A stretch of DNA of 64,000 nt from Sphaerodactylus townsendi (Eukaryota), in the NCBI RefSeq assembly GCF_021028975.2, contig NC_059440.1, positions 29,760,001-29,824,000 of the forward strand, given 5' to 3'. The first letter of the stretch is position 1, and every line of letters begins with the position of its first letter. Positions 40,840 through 52,713 of the stretch are shown here, one piece after another. Under the pieces are notes generated by a model, which did not search any database, had not been told where the DNA came from, and saw only the letters and a list, made by a program, of their open reading frames with translations. Position numbers and translations under genes: made by a program.

Positions 40840-42344
40840 GCTCAGCTATGAAACAGGTTTGGTTTCGCAGCTGTCTCCAAGGCCCAGAATACCCATATTT
40901 ATGCCCCCAGAGGTCCAGCGCCTCATTGGTCGGCCTTAAATCGCTCGCTAGGTCGAGCCGAGTTGATTGACGTCTCACACGGCACACGGAATCAAAAATT
41001 GATACCCCGCCCCGCCCAACATGGCCGACAACTGATAAAGACCAAAGAGCCCCGCATCGCCCTAAAATGACTGCTCGGGCTTCTGCCAATCATGCCGGGT
41101 TGATTGGCACGTTGTATGACCCGGAAATCAAATTTTGGGCCAAATTCGGCTGTTCCCAATCTCCAGGGGAGCCCCAAAGAGCACCGCACCGCCCTAAAAA
41201 TGACATCGCCGGCTTCTGCCGAGCGAGCCGGCTTGATTGATGGGTCGCATGCCTGTGAAATCAAAAATTGCCGCGTCATCCCCAGCCCCAGCGGAATGTC
41301 TCCCATTAAATTATAAGCCCCTGGGTGACAGACAGCTCTGCCGCCTTCATTCGAGCACTCTAGAAGGGACTTGCCCGGGCATGCCTTTTCACACGCCTGG
41401 CCCGCTCCGCAAGGTTGATAGGACGGCTGAAAACTTTTGCAGCAGCTGCCGCTGCTTCACTGGGGAAAGGGGGAGAGGGGACAGACTATACAACAGTGCT
41501 TTGCATAGCACACACAGAGCCAACGACCTCGCTCTTGTCTGGAAAAACACTTTTTTATTTTCTTAAAAGCATGCTTCCTGGGTTTGTCAGGAACTCTATG
41601 AAGGTCGCACAGACCGGTACGGCTCCTAATTATTTCCCCGGTCTCTCTCTCATTGCCCTGAGGGAAAAGACTCTTTCAGGAAGTCACATTGCTTTTTTTA
41701 CAACACACTTCCTTTTGCAGAAATACTGCTAAAATGCAGGCTTTGCGTATTCAAACCCCGCGCCAGAGAGCTCACGAGTTGTTTTCAGTAAACCCCATTT
41801 GGCCTTTGATAAGGGAAAATGCTTTTTGGGGAAGATGCAGACATCCAACACACCGGTAAGATTCAAACACCGCGGGTCTGCTTTTCGTTTGGAAAGAAGC
41901 ATACATTCCAAGTCCGATCAGGTGGGGGGGGGGGAGGAAGACGAGCCTGACGGCTCCTTTGCATTTTCAAATGGCGCTTCTCTCCCGCTTCTCTCCCTCT
42001 CATGAACAGTTCCTCTTGGGTGGGGCTGCCAGCCTGTTGAACGCTGATTAAAAACGCTACACAGAAACGCCCTGACTTGCCAAGTACAGACACCTTCCAA
42101 AATGAATGACAAACCCAAAACACACTCTGAATGACACACAGATACACCCAGCCACAATTGCCAGCTAGGGGATAGCATGACGGATAGCTGGGGAAGACGC
42201 TAACATTCTAGGGGGTTATGCAGATTGACACCTGGGGGGAAAAGGTAGAGAAGTGAGCTAGGAGGAGGATGCGGAGGGACAGCCGGCTAATGCCGGCTGT
42301 CAGCTGTCAGCTGACATTAAATGAAGGGGGCATATAGTCTTCTT

Positions 42345-44262
42345 ACTTCACACACAAAGTCCTGACCCTCCACCAATCCCTACCTGCCACCATTGATACA
42401 GTATGTGAACTAGAGGCCCCTGGGCCGTCTTCGGGTCCTTTCTTGGACCGCTTCAGCTTACTTGACCCAACGGATGTTGACAGGATCCTGGATGCTGTAC
42501 GATCTACCACTTGTCCTTTTGACCCGTGCCCTTCCTGGTTGGTGAAAGCCGGCAGGGAGGAGCTTCGGAGCCACCTGTTGGATATAATCAACTGCTCCCT
42601 TGAGCAAGGAGCGTTCCCTGGTCGGCTTAAAGAGGCAGTGGTCCGCCCGCTCCTAAAAAGACCGCAGTTAGATCCAAGGGGATCCGGCCAATTACCGCCC
42701 AGTTTCTAATTTACCATTCTTGGGCAAGGTAATTGAGCGAGCGGTGGCGGCTCAGCTCCAGCGATTCCTGGATGACGCAAACGTATTGGATCCCTTCCAG
42801 TCTGGCTTACAGTCATGGGACCAAGATGGTGCTGGTTGCTGTTGTGGACGACCTCCGACTGCACTTGGATAGAGGCGGTTCGGCGCTGTTGGTGTTGTTA
42901 GATCTCACCGCAGCGTTCGATATGGTAGATCATGACCTTTTGGTCCACCGCCTCGCTGATATCGGGGTTTGGAATTCAGCCTTGAGTTGGCTGATCTCGT
43001 TCCTCCGAGATCGGGGACCTCAGGTGGCATCGGGGGTGAGATCTCCAAGCGTCACCCCATTATATGTGGGGTACCGCAAGGAGCGATACTCTCCCCGATG
43101 CTTTTTAATATCTACATGCACCCTCTGGCAAGTCTGGTTCGGAGTTTTGGGCTGCGGTGTCACCAATACGCGGATGACACCCAGCTCTTGTTCACAATGG
43201 AGGGCAGCCCGACCTCGGCCCCTGATGCTCTCCAGTGTTGTCTTGATGCTGTGGCTGGTTGGTTGAGTGCAAGTTGGCTGAAGTTGTATCCCACTAAGAC
43301 CGAGGTCCTGTGGTTGGGCTGCGGGGAGTGTCTGGTGGCCTTTGGCCTGCCTACGCTTCTTGGCGAGACATTAAAGTTAACTTTGTCTGCCAAGAGCCTG
43401 GGGGTGACTCTGGATTCATCTTTATCATTGGTGGTCCAGGTCACCCAGACAGCCCAGGCAGCTTTTTACCATCTGCGGCAGGCACGGCAACTGGCCCCGT
43501 ATCTCCCGTTCCAATCTGGCCACTGTGATCCACATGCCATGGTCTATTCTAGACTAGGATTCATTGTAATCCCTCGCTTCTACGCTGGCTTACCTTTGGC
43601 CATGATCCGGAAATTGAAACTCGTGACATGAATCGGCAGCCAGATTCCTCTCAGAGAGCAACAGCCAGGGACCAGAATTACCCCCGGTCCTATACCAGCA
43701 GCAACTGCACTCGGCTGCCAATCGATGCACCGGGTCATGTTTAAAAGTTTTGGTATTGACTCTTCAAAGCCATTCAAGCGGTCTTGCCCCTGCTTATCAT
43801 CTGGAGGGACCGGCTCTCTCCCTACTCTATAAGCGCCCTTCTGAGGCCCCCCCTCCTGTTCATCGGCAGAACCTTACCTGGTGACTTCTCTGGCCCCAAG
43901 GCAATCTGGCTGGCCTCTACAAGGGCCAGGGCCTTTACGGCTCTGGCCCCTACCTGGTGGAACAGGCTTCCAGGCAGGAGATTCAGGGCTCCTGCCCAGG
44001 GACTTACAAAGTTTCATGCAGGGCCTGTAAAACGGACCTTGTTCCCGCCAGTTTGGCTAATTTGGCCAGCCGGGATGATGTCAACTTGCCAAAAAGCATC
44101 CGGCCTCCTGTGGGTTCATAAAGGGGGACAGAAGAGCTGAAGCCATCTATAGTTTAGTATTTTATGTATTTTAGGTAAATTATATATACGATGTTTTAAA
44201 CTTTTATTGTTGATGGAAACCGCCCTAAGCCATCGGGGAGGGCGGTATATAAATATAATTTT
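42345..44262 (+). mobile_element. L2-clade LINE, RT and 3' end (degraded); probable continuation of 38560-39860
   Basis: TTCPFDPCPSW, LLDLTAAFDMVDH, GVPQGAILSP, YADD motifs with frameshifts; tail gggcggtatataaat. Confidence 0.9.
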
Positions 44263-44268
44263 AAAAAT

Positions 44269-45130
44269 TGTATAGATCATTACATATATCAGAAATATGT
44301 CAAACATTAAGATTATTTTAGATTTATTAATGTAATAGGAATCACTGGATTACTGAAAGAGAAGCAGATGCAGTTGAAGATACTATAATGTAATTTTAAT
44401 TGATCCAATTCTCCAAAAAAACCCCATAGATTGCTGTTTCAATTTCTGCATAAACAAAGAGCAGATTTGATCTGCCTACAGGAAACCCACATCAAAAAAA
44501 GGTAATGAAAGATTGCTCCAAAATGATAGTCGAGGAGAACTATTCGATGCATCTTATAAATCCAAAAAAGAGGCATAGCAATTTACGTGAAACAACAACT
44601 AAAACCTAAACTAATTTTTAAAGACCCCCCAAGTCAGATTCATTGGAATAGAAGCCACTATAATCGGGCTTAAGACTTTACTAATTGGAATATATATCCC
44701 TAACGAGAACAAAAAGGAATATTATAAAGAACTCTCTGATATAATACTTAGATATCAATATGATAACACCATCCGTTTAGGCAACTTCAACGGAGTTATA
44801 AATCTAGTCCTAGATAAATCTGAAATAAGGAAGAACAAAAGGAATAAAGGTTTAAAAGGTAATACAGCTAAATTACCAAATTCTTTTTTTGATCATACAA
44901 CATCTGGGTTTAAAGGATATTTGGAGAGAAAAATATAGGAAAGCAAGGGAATATACATTCTTCTCTAACAATCGGAGCTTTTCCAGGATAGATATGATCC
45001 TTTTGACTAAATATTTCATTACGAAAACACAAGATACTGCTATTCTTCCAAGATACTTATTCTACAGATTATGATACATGATTAATGGCAGCTGGAAAAA
45101 AATTAAAAGAATAAAGCAGAAACAATTTTA
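44269..45130 (+). mobile_element. L1 ORF2 endonuclease fragment (degraded)
   Basis: LQETH, IGIYIPN, GNFNG, FSRIDMI; colinear with 56282-56960. Confidence 0.85.
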
Positions 45131-48038
45131 TAACGCTAGAACGCCCTTGCATCAGCACCCCAGCGCCCTGTAACAGTTCAACATCACTACCACGGCCTTG
45201 TTGGCCCCTTTGTTGTGAATCCAAGAAATAGTTCTTGAAAATAATTGCCTATCTTTGGCTTCCCACCAGCTTTCCCATCCTGGTACTGAGTAACGGTCAA
45301 TTGAAAGTCTTGGCCCAGCTGCACAAAGTTTGCTAACAGTTGGAACTTCAATAAACTTTCAGCCACAACACCTGATAAGAATGAAGATTTACATCACCTG
45401 CTTTAGTTAATTAGCACCAATTCGTGATTGGTCCACTAGGATCACCTGATGTGCAATTCCCCTATATCTGCTTTTCCATATTGTAAGAGAGGCACCCTTT
45501 TTCCTTGCTTCCCCCCTCCCTTTTCACTCCCAATATACACAATGCTACCTCATGCTGGCTAGAGGCTGTCTATTGAATTATGAGAACTGTTTGATTCTTT
45601 TCTTTTTGTCTGCTAAGCAATGGAGAAGTTTTACATTTTGATTTTAGTAGGTTCAGTTATTTTGTCTCTCTTTGCTCTTATTCAGCTAATTGTATGCATC
45701 ATATGCCACCTGACTATAGTTTGTTGAATAATGCCGAGTTCAATAAACTTTAAGAACTTGTTTTAAAGAAACTGCCTTTTTTTCTGAGTCGTGTGAAAGT
45801 TCAAAATCCAAACCCACGTTTAAGGAGAGTAGGTAACTCATCCTCTACAGATGCACTCGCAAGCTTTCTTGATGGGTAATGCCTAAAACAGTCTTCAGTG
45901 GCTCCACTTTTCAAACTGCTGATCCATCTGCACATAGTTGTTGATCTGCTGATCCATCTGTATATAGTTGTTGTATAGAGTTGTTATGAAGCAGTTAATA
46001 AAGTTATGTTATGTTGCACAATCACACCTGTTCCTGCCGTTCTTTTTGGGATATCACCAACACCACAAAGCACACCTAGGTGGCACAACCGCACATGATG
46101 GGGAGGTGGAACATTACACATAGCTTGTTGCTGTGCCATGATTCTCATCACCAGGGAAATAATTATGATTTTATCTGGCCGAAATTGGCAACATGACACA
46201 GGTTAGTTGCAGCGAGGGGTAGAAAATCAGACCAAAGGGGACACACGGCACATGCGAAGGAGTGTTTGTGGTTCGGAGCTTCCAATGTGGGGAACCATAA
46301 CTTTGGTAGCTGTGAGCCAGTCATTTGGAATCCTGGTGGAGGTCATCAGCATAGTCTGCTGAATCATTACTCAACGTTTTCTCCTGCAACTTTTAAAACT
46401 TTGCCCACCTGCAGGCCAATTCCGGAGTGAACACTGTGTAAATTGATAACTAGTCAATAATAACAGGGAGTCCATTAAAAATACCAAGCACAGCGCCCCA
46501 GGATACAGAATTCATGTCCTTGAGAGCTACATTTCGAAATCAGTGGAACTGGGGAAAAAATTTCCACATAAGTTTAATGTATATATCATTTAACATGATC
46601 CAGTAACTTCTTTAAGGGTTTGTTGTTTGTACTGTGCCCCTTGCAGATAGTCCACATTTACATAAATTCCACTTAGGTTGGCATGGTGCTGTTCTAAGAA
46701 CCGTACAACCGTAGGACTTTACTGCAATACTCCTTTAAAATCTGGGACTACAGAAAGCTAGGGAGATTGTCAGGCAAAGATTACATGACTTGGATAAACA
46801 ATCTGATTTAAGGCTCAATCTGGAATATCTAGCTCCTGAATCCCTAATAATAAGGGTACCACCAGCCCCTCAGCTATTTTTCAAACACAATAAGATTGAA
46901 AGGAGGATGCTTTGATTGGTTCCAAGTCACACCCTGCCATTCAAGGAAACCTGTGGTTGCTCCCCGGAAGAAGTGGATTCATTTGAGCACAAGTTGCTTA
47001 AATGCCCTCTGTACTAGGAGCTTACAAAAGAAATCCTGGTGCCTATTTTGACTGAATGGAATTAAATGGAAACTGAACTTCTCTCTGTGTGTGTCTCTCT
47101 GTCTCTTTGTCTCTCTCCATCCCTCCCTCCATCCGTCTACCATCAAACAAAGAGTCATTCAGCTGTTGTGTTCCCTGTGCAGCACCACCCCACCAGACAT
47201 GTGCCATTATATAAATATTGTAATTAATATTAAATATATAATTACAGCCTTTCACTACTTTTGAAACCGTGCCCACCCGCAGGCCAATTCCCGAGTGAAC
47301 ACTGTGTAAATTATAACACAGCAGTGTTCTGGTGAGATCTTGAGTCTTAGATGCAGCTAACAAGTCAACTACCTAGTATTCCACTCTCCGTGGAAGCAAG
47401 GGGACCTCGAATGTATGGTGAGGAGAGGGTGTTCAACATCCCCACCGTGCTACTTTGGCATTGCGTTTCCCAAGCACAGGTTCCACTTTTTGCCAAAAAA
47501 GATACTGTCAAAAGTGTAGCACTGAGTAGAGTGCACTTATGGTATTCCAAACGGTAGTATGAAGTTGTCACATTACTCCTACTGCACCCATAGCTTGGGA
47601 TATGTTCTCACTTTGGCGTCGTATTGAAAATATGCTTTCTGAGAGGTTTGAATAATCAATGCAACGCTTCTTCGCAGGATCGCGCGAAAATAGTAGCCAT
47701 AACTGGAAAATGTAATTCCCTTGTAAAATATTTTCAACATACGACTCTCCAGCACACCTGTCCTGGTAAGCCTTAACAACACAGATTAGTACTTGTTTGT
47801 GGTTGGTTGATTTTTTTGTTATGTTGGTTGCGGTTGTATTCAAAAGTGGGAAACTGGCCAATGACATTCAGTGTTTCACAATTAGGGTCACATATTACCT
47901 ATAGGTCACTTTTTTTGATAGAGAAAGTAAACAGCTCTCTGGTTGGTCCAGGTCTCCTGGGGGGGGGGGCATTGCTCAGCAAAACTTTTCTGGCTAAAAA
48001 ACCAACTGAACTTCTGTTTTTCTCCAGAACATCCAGCA

Positions 48039-48229
48039 ATGCCAAACAAAAGGAACGGGGTGTTCTGGCAGAAAGAGGAGGTGGCCCTGCTGCTCTCCTC
48101 CATAAGGGACATGGGGGTTGAGGAACTCTTAATGCGGAGTACCCACCTCCCAAATGAAAATGTGTTCAGGGACATTGCAAGAATATTAACTGACCGAGGC
48201 TACGAACGGTCAATGCTTCAAGCCCACAC
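48039..48229 (+). mobile_element. Myb/SANT-like (trihelix) ORF fragment, probably from a PIF/Harbinger-type transposon
   Basis: WQKEEVALLL...VFRDIARIL...GYERSMLQ; acceptor at 48027; near-identical to 63496-63665. Confidence 0.7.
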
Positions 48230-48860
48230 AAAGGCAACAGACCCAAGTCGTTTCACCAACCGAGGGGGGAACCTCTTGAAAGAGGAGAAGCTGCGGGTGA
48301 AGCTGCAGAAGATGCTTCCCAAGGTCTGTGGGTCTCTGGGGTGGGGGGTGGGAAGCCAACTGGTTTCCTGCTAAGAAGGGCCAGCTTGACTGTTGTGTTG
48401 CAGCTGGAGGAGGAGCTGAGGGGTCGGCTGGAGCTCTGGGAGCAAGAGCAAGGCCGTCCCTTGCTCGTGAACGGGCAGCGCTTCACAGATCACGTGGCAG
48501 AGCAGTGGCAGCTGCACCGCCTGGAGAAGGAGAGAGAGAAGCAGGAGCGGGTGAGTGGTCTCTGGGCCAACCTGGACGGACCCTGCCTTCCCTGCAGACC
48601 GCTGCGCTGGGTGGGGCTCAAATGTAAGGCAGGAGCAGTTGCTGCAGGATTGCTGCAGCCTCCTGCATTGAGTGAGGTCACGTGCAGCGGCTCTTGCTCG
48701 TTGGCTGCTCTGTGTTTTGCTTCTGGGGTCCTTTGGGCAGTTTTGCTTCTCTATTTCAGCAACTCAAGAAATCCCGTCAAATGGAGGAGGAAATGATGTA
48801 CGGCAGCACCCCTAGCAAACCTCGGGTCCTGGGCACCACAACCCCTGGCAAAGTGGGACG
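48230..48860 (+). pseudogene. PRC1: Captured PRC1 genomic fragment (3 exons with introns)
   Basis: ~48230-48323 (DPSRFTNRGGNLLKEEK...LQKMLPK), 48404-48550 (LEEEL...VAEQW...EKQER), 48760-~48860 (QLKKSRQ...MMYGSTP...TPGK); introns intact; no other PRC1 exons in the window. Confidence 0.85.
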
Positions 48861-48906
48861 GTGGGTGTGCAGTGCCGGCTACATCTGGCCCTACTTGGAG
48901 AGACAC

Positions 48907-50790
48907 AAATTAGGAACACTTGCAACCTAACACTCTCACCCAACAAAATCTGTTTGACCATTGGTAAACACAGAGGCATAGTCCCTGACTGGAGCAAACC
49001 CTCTCTGGCCAAGCACCACCTCAGTATACTATTAAAAGAAAGTTTATACCGTGTCAACCTGCGCTCAGTAGAAATGATGGATTATGAAAACCATCAACTA
49101 AGAGCCCTGCTAACCTTCAGTTCATCTAGAATCCCTGCAAAGCTACTGCGCAGTAGAGCTTGGCTGGCAACCAAAGGCTTGATTTTATCTCGGGTTTTTA
49201 AAGATACCATTGTCCACCCTCTAATCTACGAGAGCTCAGTCACTCAATTAAGACCCGAGAACGAAACTACTTTGGAATTTGTCAAGGTCCCAGATACTTA
49301 TAAGACCGCAATGAAGCCCCCTAGTCCCAGGGAAAGGAAGGAAATGCAAGAAAATGTGACCTGTACACAAAACTCCCACAGGATAGGGCTGGAGCAGGAA
49401 CAGGAGCAGGAGCAGGAGCAGGAGCAAAATGGCATCCTTAACAGACGAGATCTGACACGCTTGAGCCCATCAAGGAGCAGTATGATCACATCAAAGACGT
49501 GCCATCTCCAAAGAGACCTGGCCAACGGCCCAGATTCTCTCCTTTTACTGGATGTCTCATTGCCAGCAGACAAAAACAAGAAACCTCCAAGCCCAAACTT
49601 GGCTGGCCAAGACGTATGTGCAGCACCCTTCCTTGAGCTGGAAGTTGACAGATGGTCAAGTCGAGTTTTAAATAATGCCCAGGCCGGGAAAAAAGCAGGA
49701 AAATCATGGGCACAAGAACTTGCCGAGCTCCAATACATACCCTCCCCATCTACACAAGCAGCCCCAATGGAGTATCAACTATCAACGGCGAGGCCCTGCA
49801 AAAACCCTCCTGCTGATGGGAACGGCTGTATCTTCCATGACATCGGAGATAACTTACAGAAAATCACACCCCTCGATTGACTATCTAGAACACCAGAACC
49901 CCGGACTATCCGTTGCCTCTCATGGAATATTGCTGGCTGGCAAAAGTATTCCAGGGATGAGGACCTCAAAGACTTTCTAACCACTTATGATATCATCTTT
50001 TTGCAAGAAACATGGTCCTCTGAAACAATTCTTTACAACGGCTTCAAATCATACGTGTTACCGGCAACGCGCTCCTCAAAAAAGGGCCGTTTGAAAGCTG
50101 GACTCTGCTGCCTTTATTCTAACCATCCAGACCTTAAGTGTACTTCTCTAACAACATGTCCGTCCCTGGCTCAAGCTGTTCTGCTTACAGTGGCGCAACT
50201 CAAATTAATAGTAGTCAATATCTACCTTCCGCCAAATGCTGATCATGAAACATTCCCAGCTCAATGGGAAAGAGTCTCATCCTATCTAGAGGAATTAGAG
50301 CGCCAACACCCGGAGCTGGATTTGCTTATAGTCGGTGACTTTAATGCCAGAATTGGCCAAACAGATCTCATCTCCCAGCTGCCTTTGCCATTGTTGTCCA
50401 AAACAACACCCATTTTGCCAAGGGTATCTCAAGACTCCACAACAAACAAAAGCGGCCATGAACTCATTAATTTCTGCTCTGCAACAAATAAAATAATCCT
50501 CAACGGGAAATTTCAGCAGGATTACCCAGGCAGTTTTACACATATCTCACATAAAGGAAGGAGTGTGATTGACTACATGATCGCTTCACCCAATCTCCTT
50601 GATTCCATATCCTCTTTTCAGGTTATAAACAGAACGGAAAGTGACCATTTACCACTGGAACTAACTATGACTCTTACCTCTCTAACGACAACTCATGCAA
50701 ATCCTCAACCAAAGCCAATGACTTCCATCCTGGCTCCTTGCACCAAATGGTCTCCTAGGTGCAAACTCGCTTTGGATAATGCAGGGTTCG
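48907..50790 (+). mobile_element. RTE-X-like LINE: ORF1 3' part and ORF2 APE endonuclease
   Basis: ORF1 ends ITPLD-TGA at 49880; the same frame continues SWNIAGW, LQETW, NIYLPP, GDFNARIG, SVIDY, ESDH. Clade tentative. Confidence 0.8.
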
Positions 50791-50799
50791 AAGGGTTAC

Positions 50800-52240
50800 T
50801 GTCAGAGTCCTGTCATGATAGTTAAAGTGTCCATATCCTATCCAGCATGAGTCAGCATGAGACTGAGCTGACAAACCGGTTCTTACCTGTTCCAAGTGAC
50901 CTTTAACATGATTAGTTGAGTCTTGTATAAAAGCACTTGTATTATACTGGTTCAGTGTTCCTTTGGGAAACAGGTGTTAGGCGAAGCACTTTGATTGTCT
51001 ACTGAATATTCTACGTTGTATATAGTTACTTGTACATAGAGCAACTGAATGATAAATGCCTTCTTATGAATGACAAAGCTGTGTGGAGTTTACTTCGTGA
51101 AGGTGGGAGTGTTGCTGTACAAGACCACTAGTTCTACTCTAAGTAGCCCCGCTCAAATTCTGCTATCAGGTTATGGGCCCAGGCGGTGTGGTCTACCTGT
51201 GAGTAAGGCGGTGGTTCCTGTGTGTTCCTGTGTGTTCCTGTGAGCTGTGGTGTGGCTGTCCAGTACAGAGTCTACGATGGCGGTCACAGCAGCCGGCATG
51301 CCGTTTGAACGCCTTAATGAGGAAAACTACTTGTCGTGGGTGTGTAAGATGCAGTCCCTATCTTATTCAAGATTTGTGGTCTGTGGTGGAGACAACCCCG
51401 GCTGCTGCGGCCTTGGTCGGCAGCTGATCAAAAAGCCCGTGCCTCCATAATTCTAGGCCTAGAGACCTCCCAGCTTCTATATGTTCGGGACACTGTGAAC
51501 GCGAAAGAATGTTGGGAGGCCATATATCAGCAAGATACAGCAGGGTCTAAAATGCTGATAGCGAGGCGGCTATATAACGGCAAGCTGAGAGCTGGTGAGT
51601 GCGTTTCTACTCATTTGCAGCTAATGAGGTCCCTATTCGTCCAATTGGAAGACCGTGGGATGGTTTTTCCAGAGTCCCATAAATCTTATATCATCTTATC
51701 ATCACTTGACCAAGGTTGGGATCAGCTGGTTTACAGTTTACAAAGTGTGAAAGAAGCAGACCTCACTCTTTCCTTCGTGACTGCTAAGCTGCTTGAAGGT
51801 CAGCAGCGGAGGGAGTTCCAAGCGGGGAGAGCCGTGCTGTTGGAGCTGCCCCTATGAAGGCGACAGCAGCTCTGAGGTGAAGGTTTCATCAGAGAGCCGG
51901 TGCCTGTGAAAGCTATTCTGTCGGGAGATGTTACTGCTGTGGGTCCGTAAATCACATGCGCCAAACACTGTCAGGCGCCGGCAATGAGAGCAGATGAAAA
52001 GGCAGATGGTGAAGATTTACAGCCACAAGCCTGACCGGTATGGCTTGCCAGCTATGTTGGTGTCTAGTGCTGTGGAGAAAAAAAAGCAAAGCAACTGGTT
52101 GATGGATAGTGCCTGCCACGGCACATTGTGTAAACGACAGAAGTTTGCTTGAGATGAAACTGCTGCTACCATTTCAGCCTTGCTGATGGTTCATCATCAG
52201 AGGTGTCTTTACAAGGAACTGTGTATGTCACCTGCTTTTT
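50800..52240 (+). mobile_element. Ty1/copia LTR retrotransposon, 5' part (LTR, PBS, degraded gag and protease)
   Basis: TG...CA LTR at 50800-51168; PBS GGTTATGGGCCCAG at 51169-51182; gag ERLNEENYLSW / AKECWE; degenerate zinc knuckle CYCCG...H near 51930; protease WLMDSA near 52095. Confidence 0.85.
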
Positions 52241-52244
52241 TGGA

Positions 52245-52713
52245 CTAAATATTCAGTCCCTCAAAAAAATGTCTGATACTTCCTCCTTAGAAGGGTCTCT
52301 GCTGGTGTATGAATCCCTACAATCTTGGATAAAGGCCACTCTTCCCACCAAAGTGCCATACTCAGCCGCAGGACAGAAAACATCCACGTGGTTTGATGAA
52401 GAGTGCTATCAAATGAAAGCACACCTCAGAGTCCTTCATCGTATCTTCTTAGAAAATGCGACTGCCAGATCGTATGATGAATACCAACAATTCAAAAACC
52501 AGTTCCAGAAAGCCTTGATTATAAAGAAGAGGCAATTGGTGCAAAAAAACTGGCCCAATCTGATTGCCACAATCAATGCCAAGAACACCAAACAGTTTTG
52601 GAACCTCGTTTCAAAGGGCAGCTCTTGCAATTCCACCGCATTCACCTCGGCCTCCTCTATCACCTCTTCAACATGGTGGGAGCACTATAACAAAATCTTC
52701 TCTGACCCAGAGT
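52245..52713 (+). mobile_element. RTE-X-like ORF2 linker fragment, resuming after the copia insertion
   Basis: TWFDEEC...KQFWNLV...WWEHY, typical of the EN-RT linker. Confidence 0.75.

Noticed and set aside
48230-48860. Functional PRC1 gene locus
   Set aside because: Only three internal exons, truncated and flanked by TE sequence.
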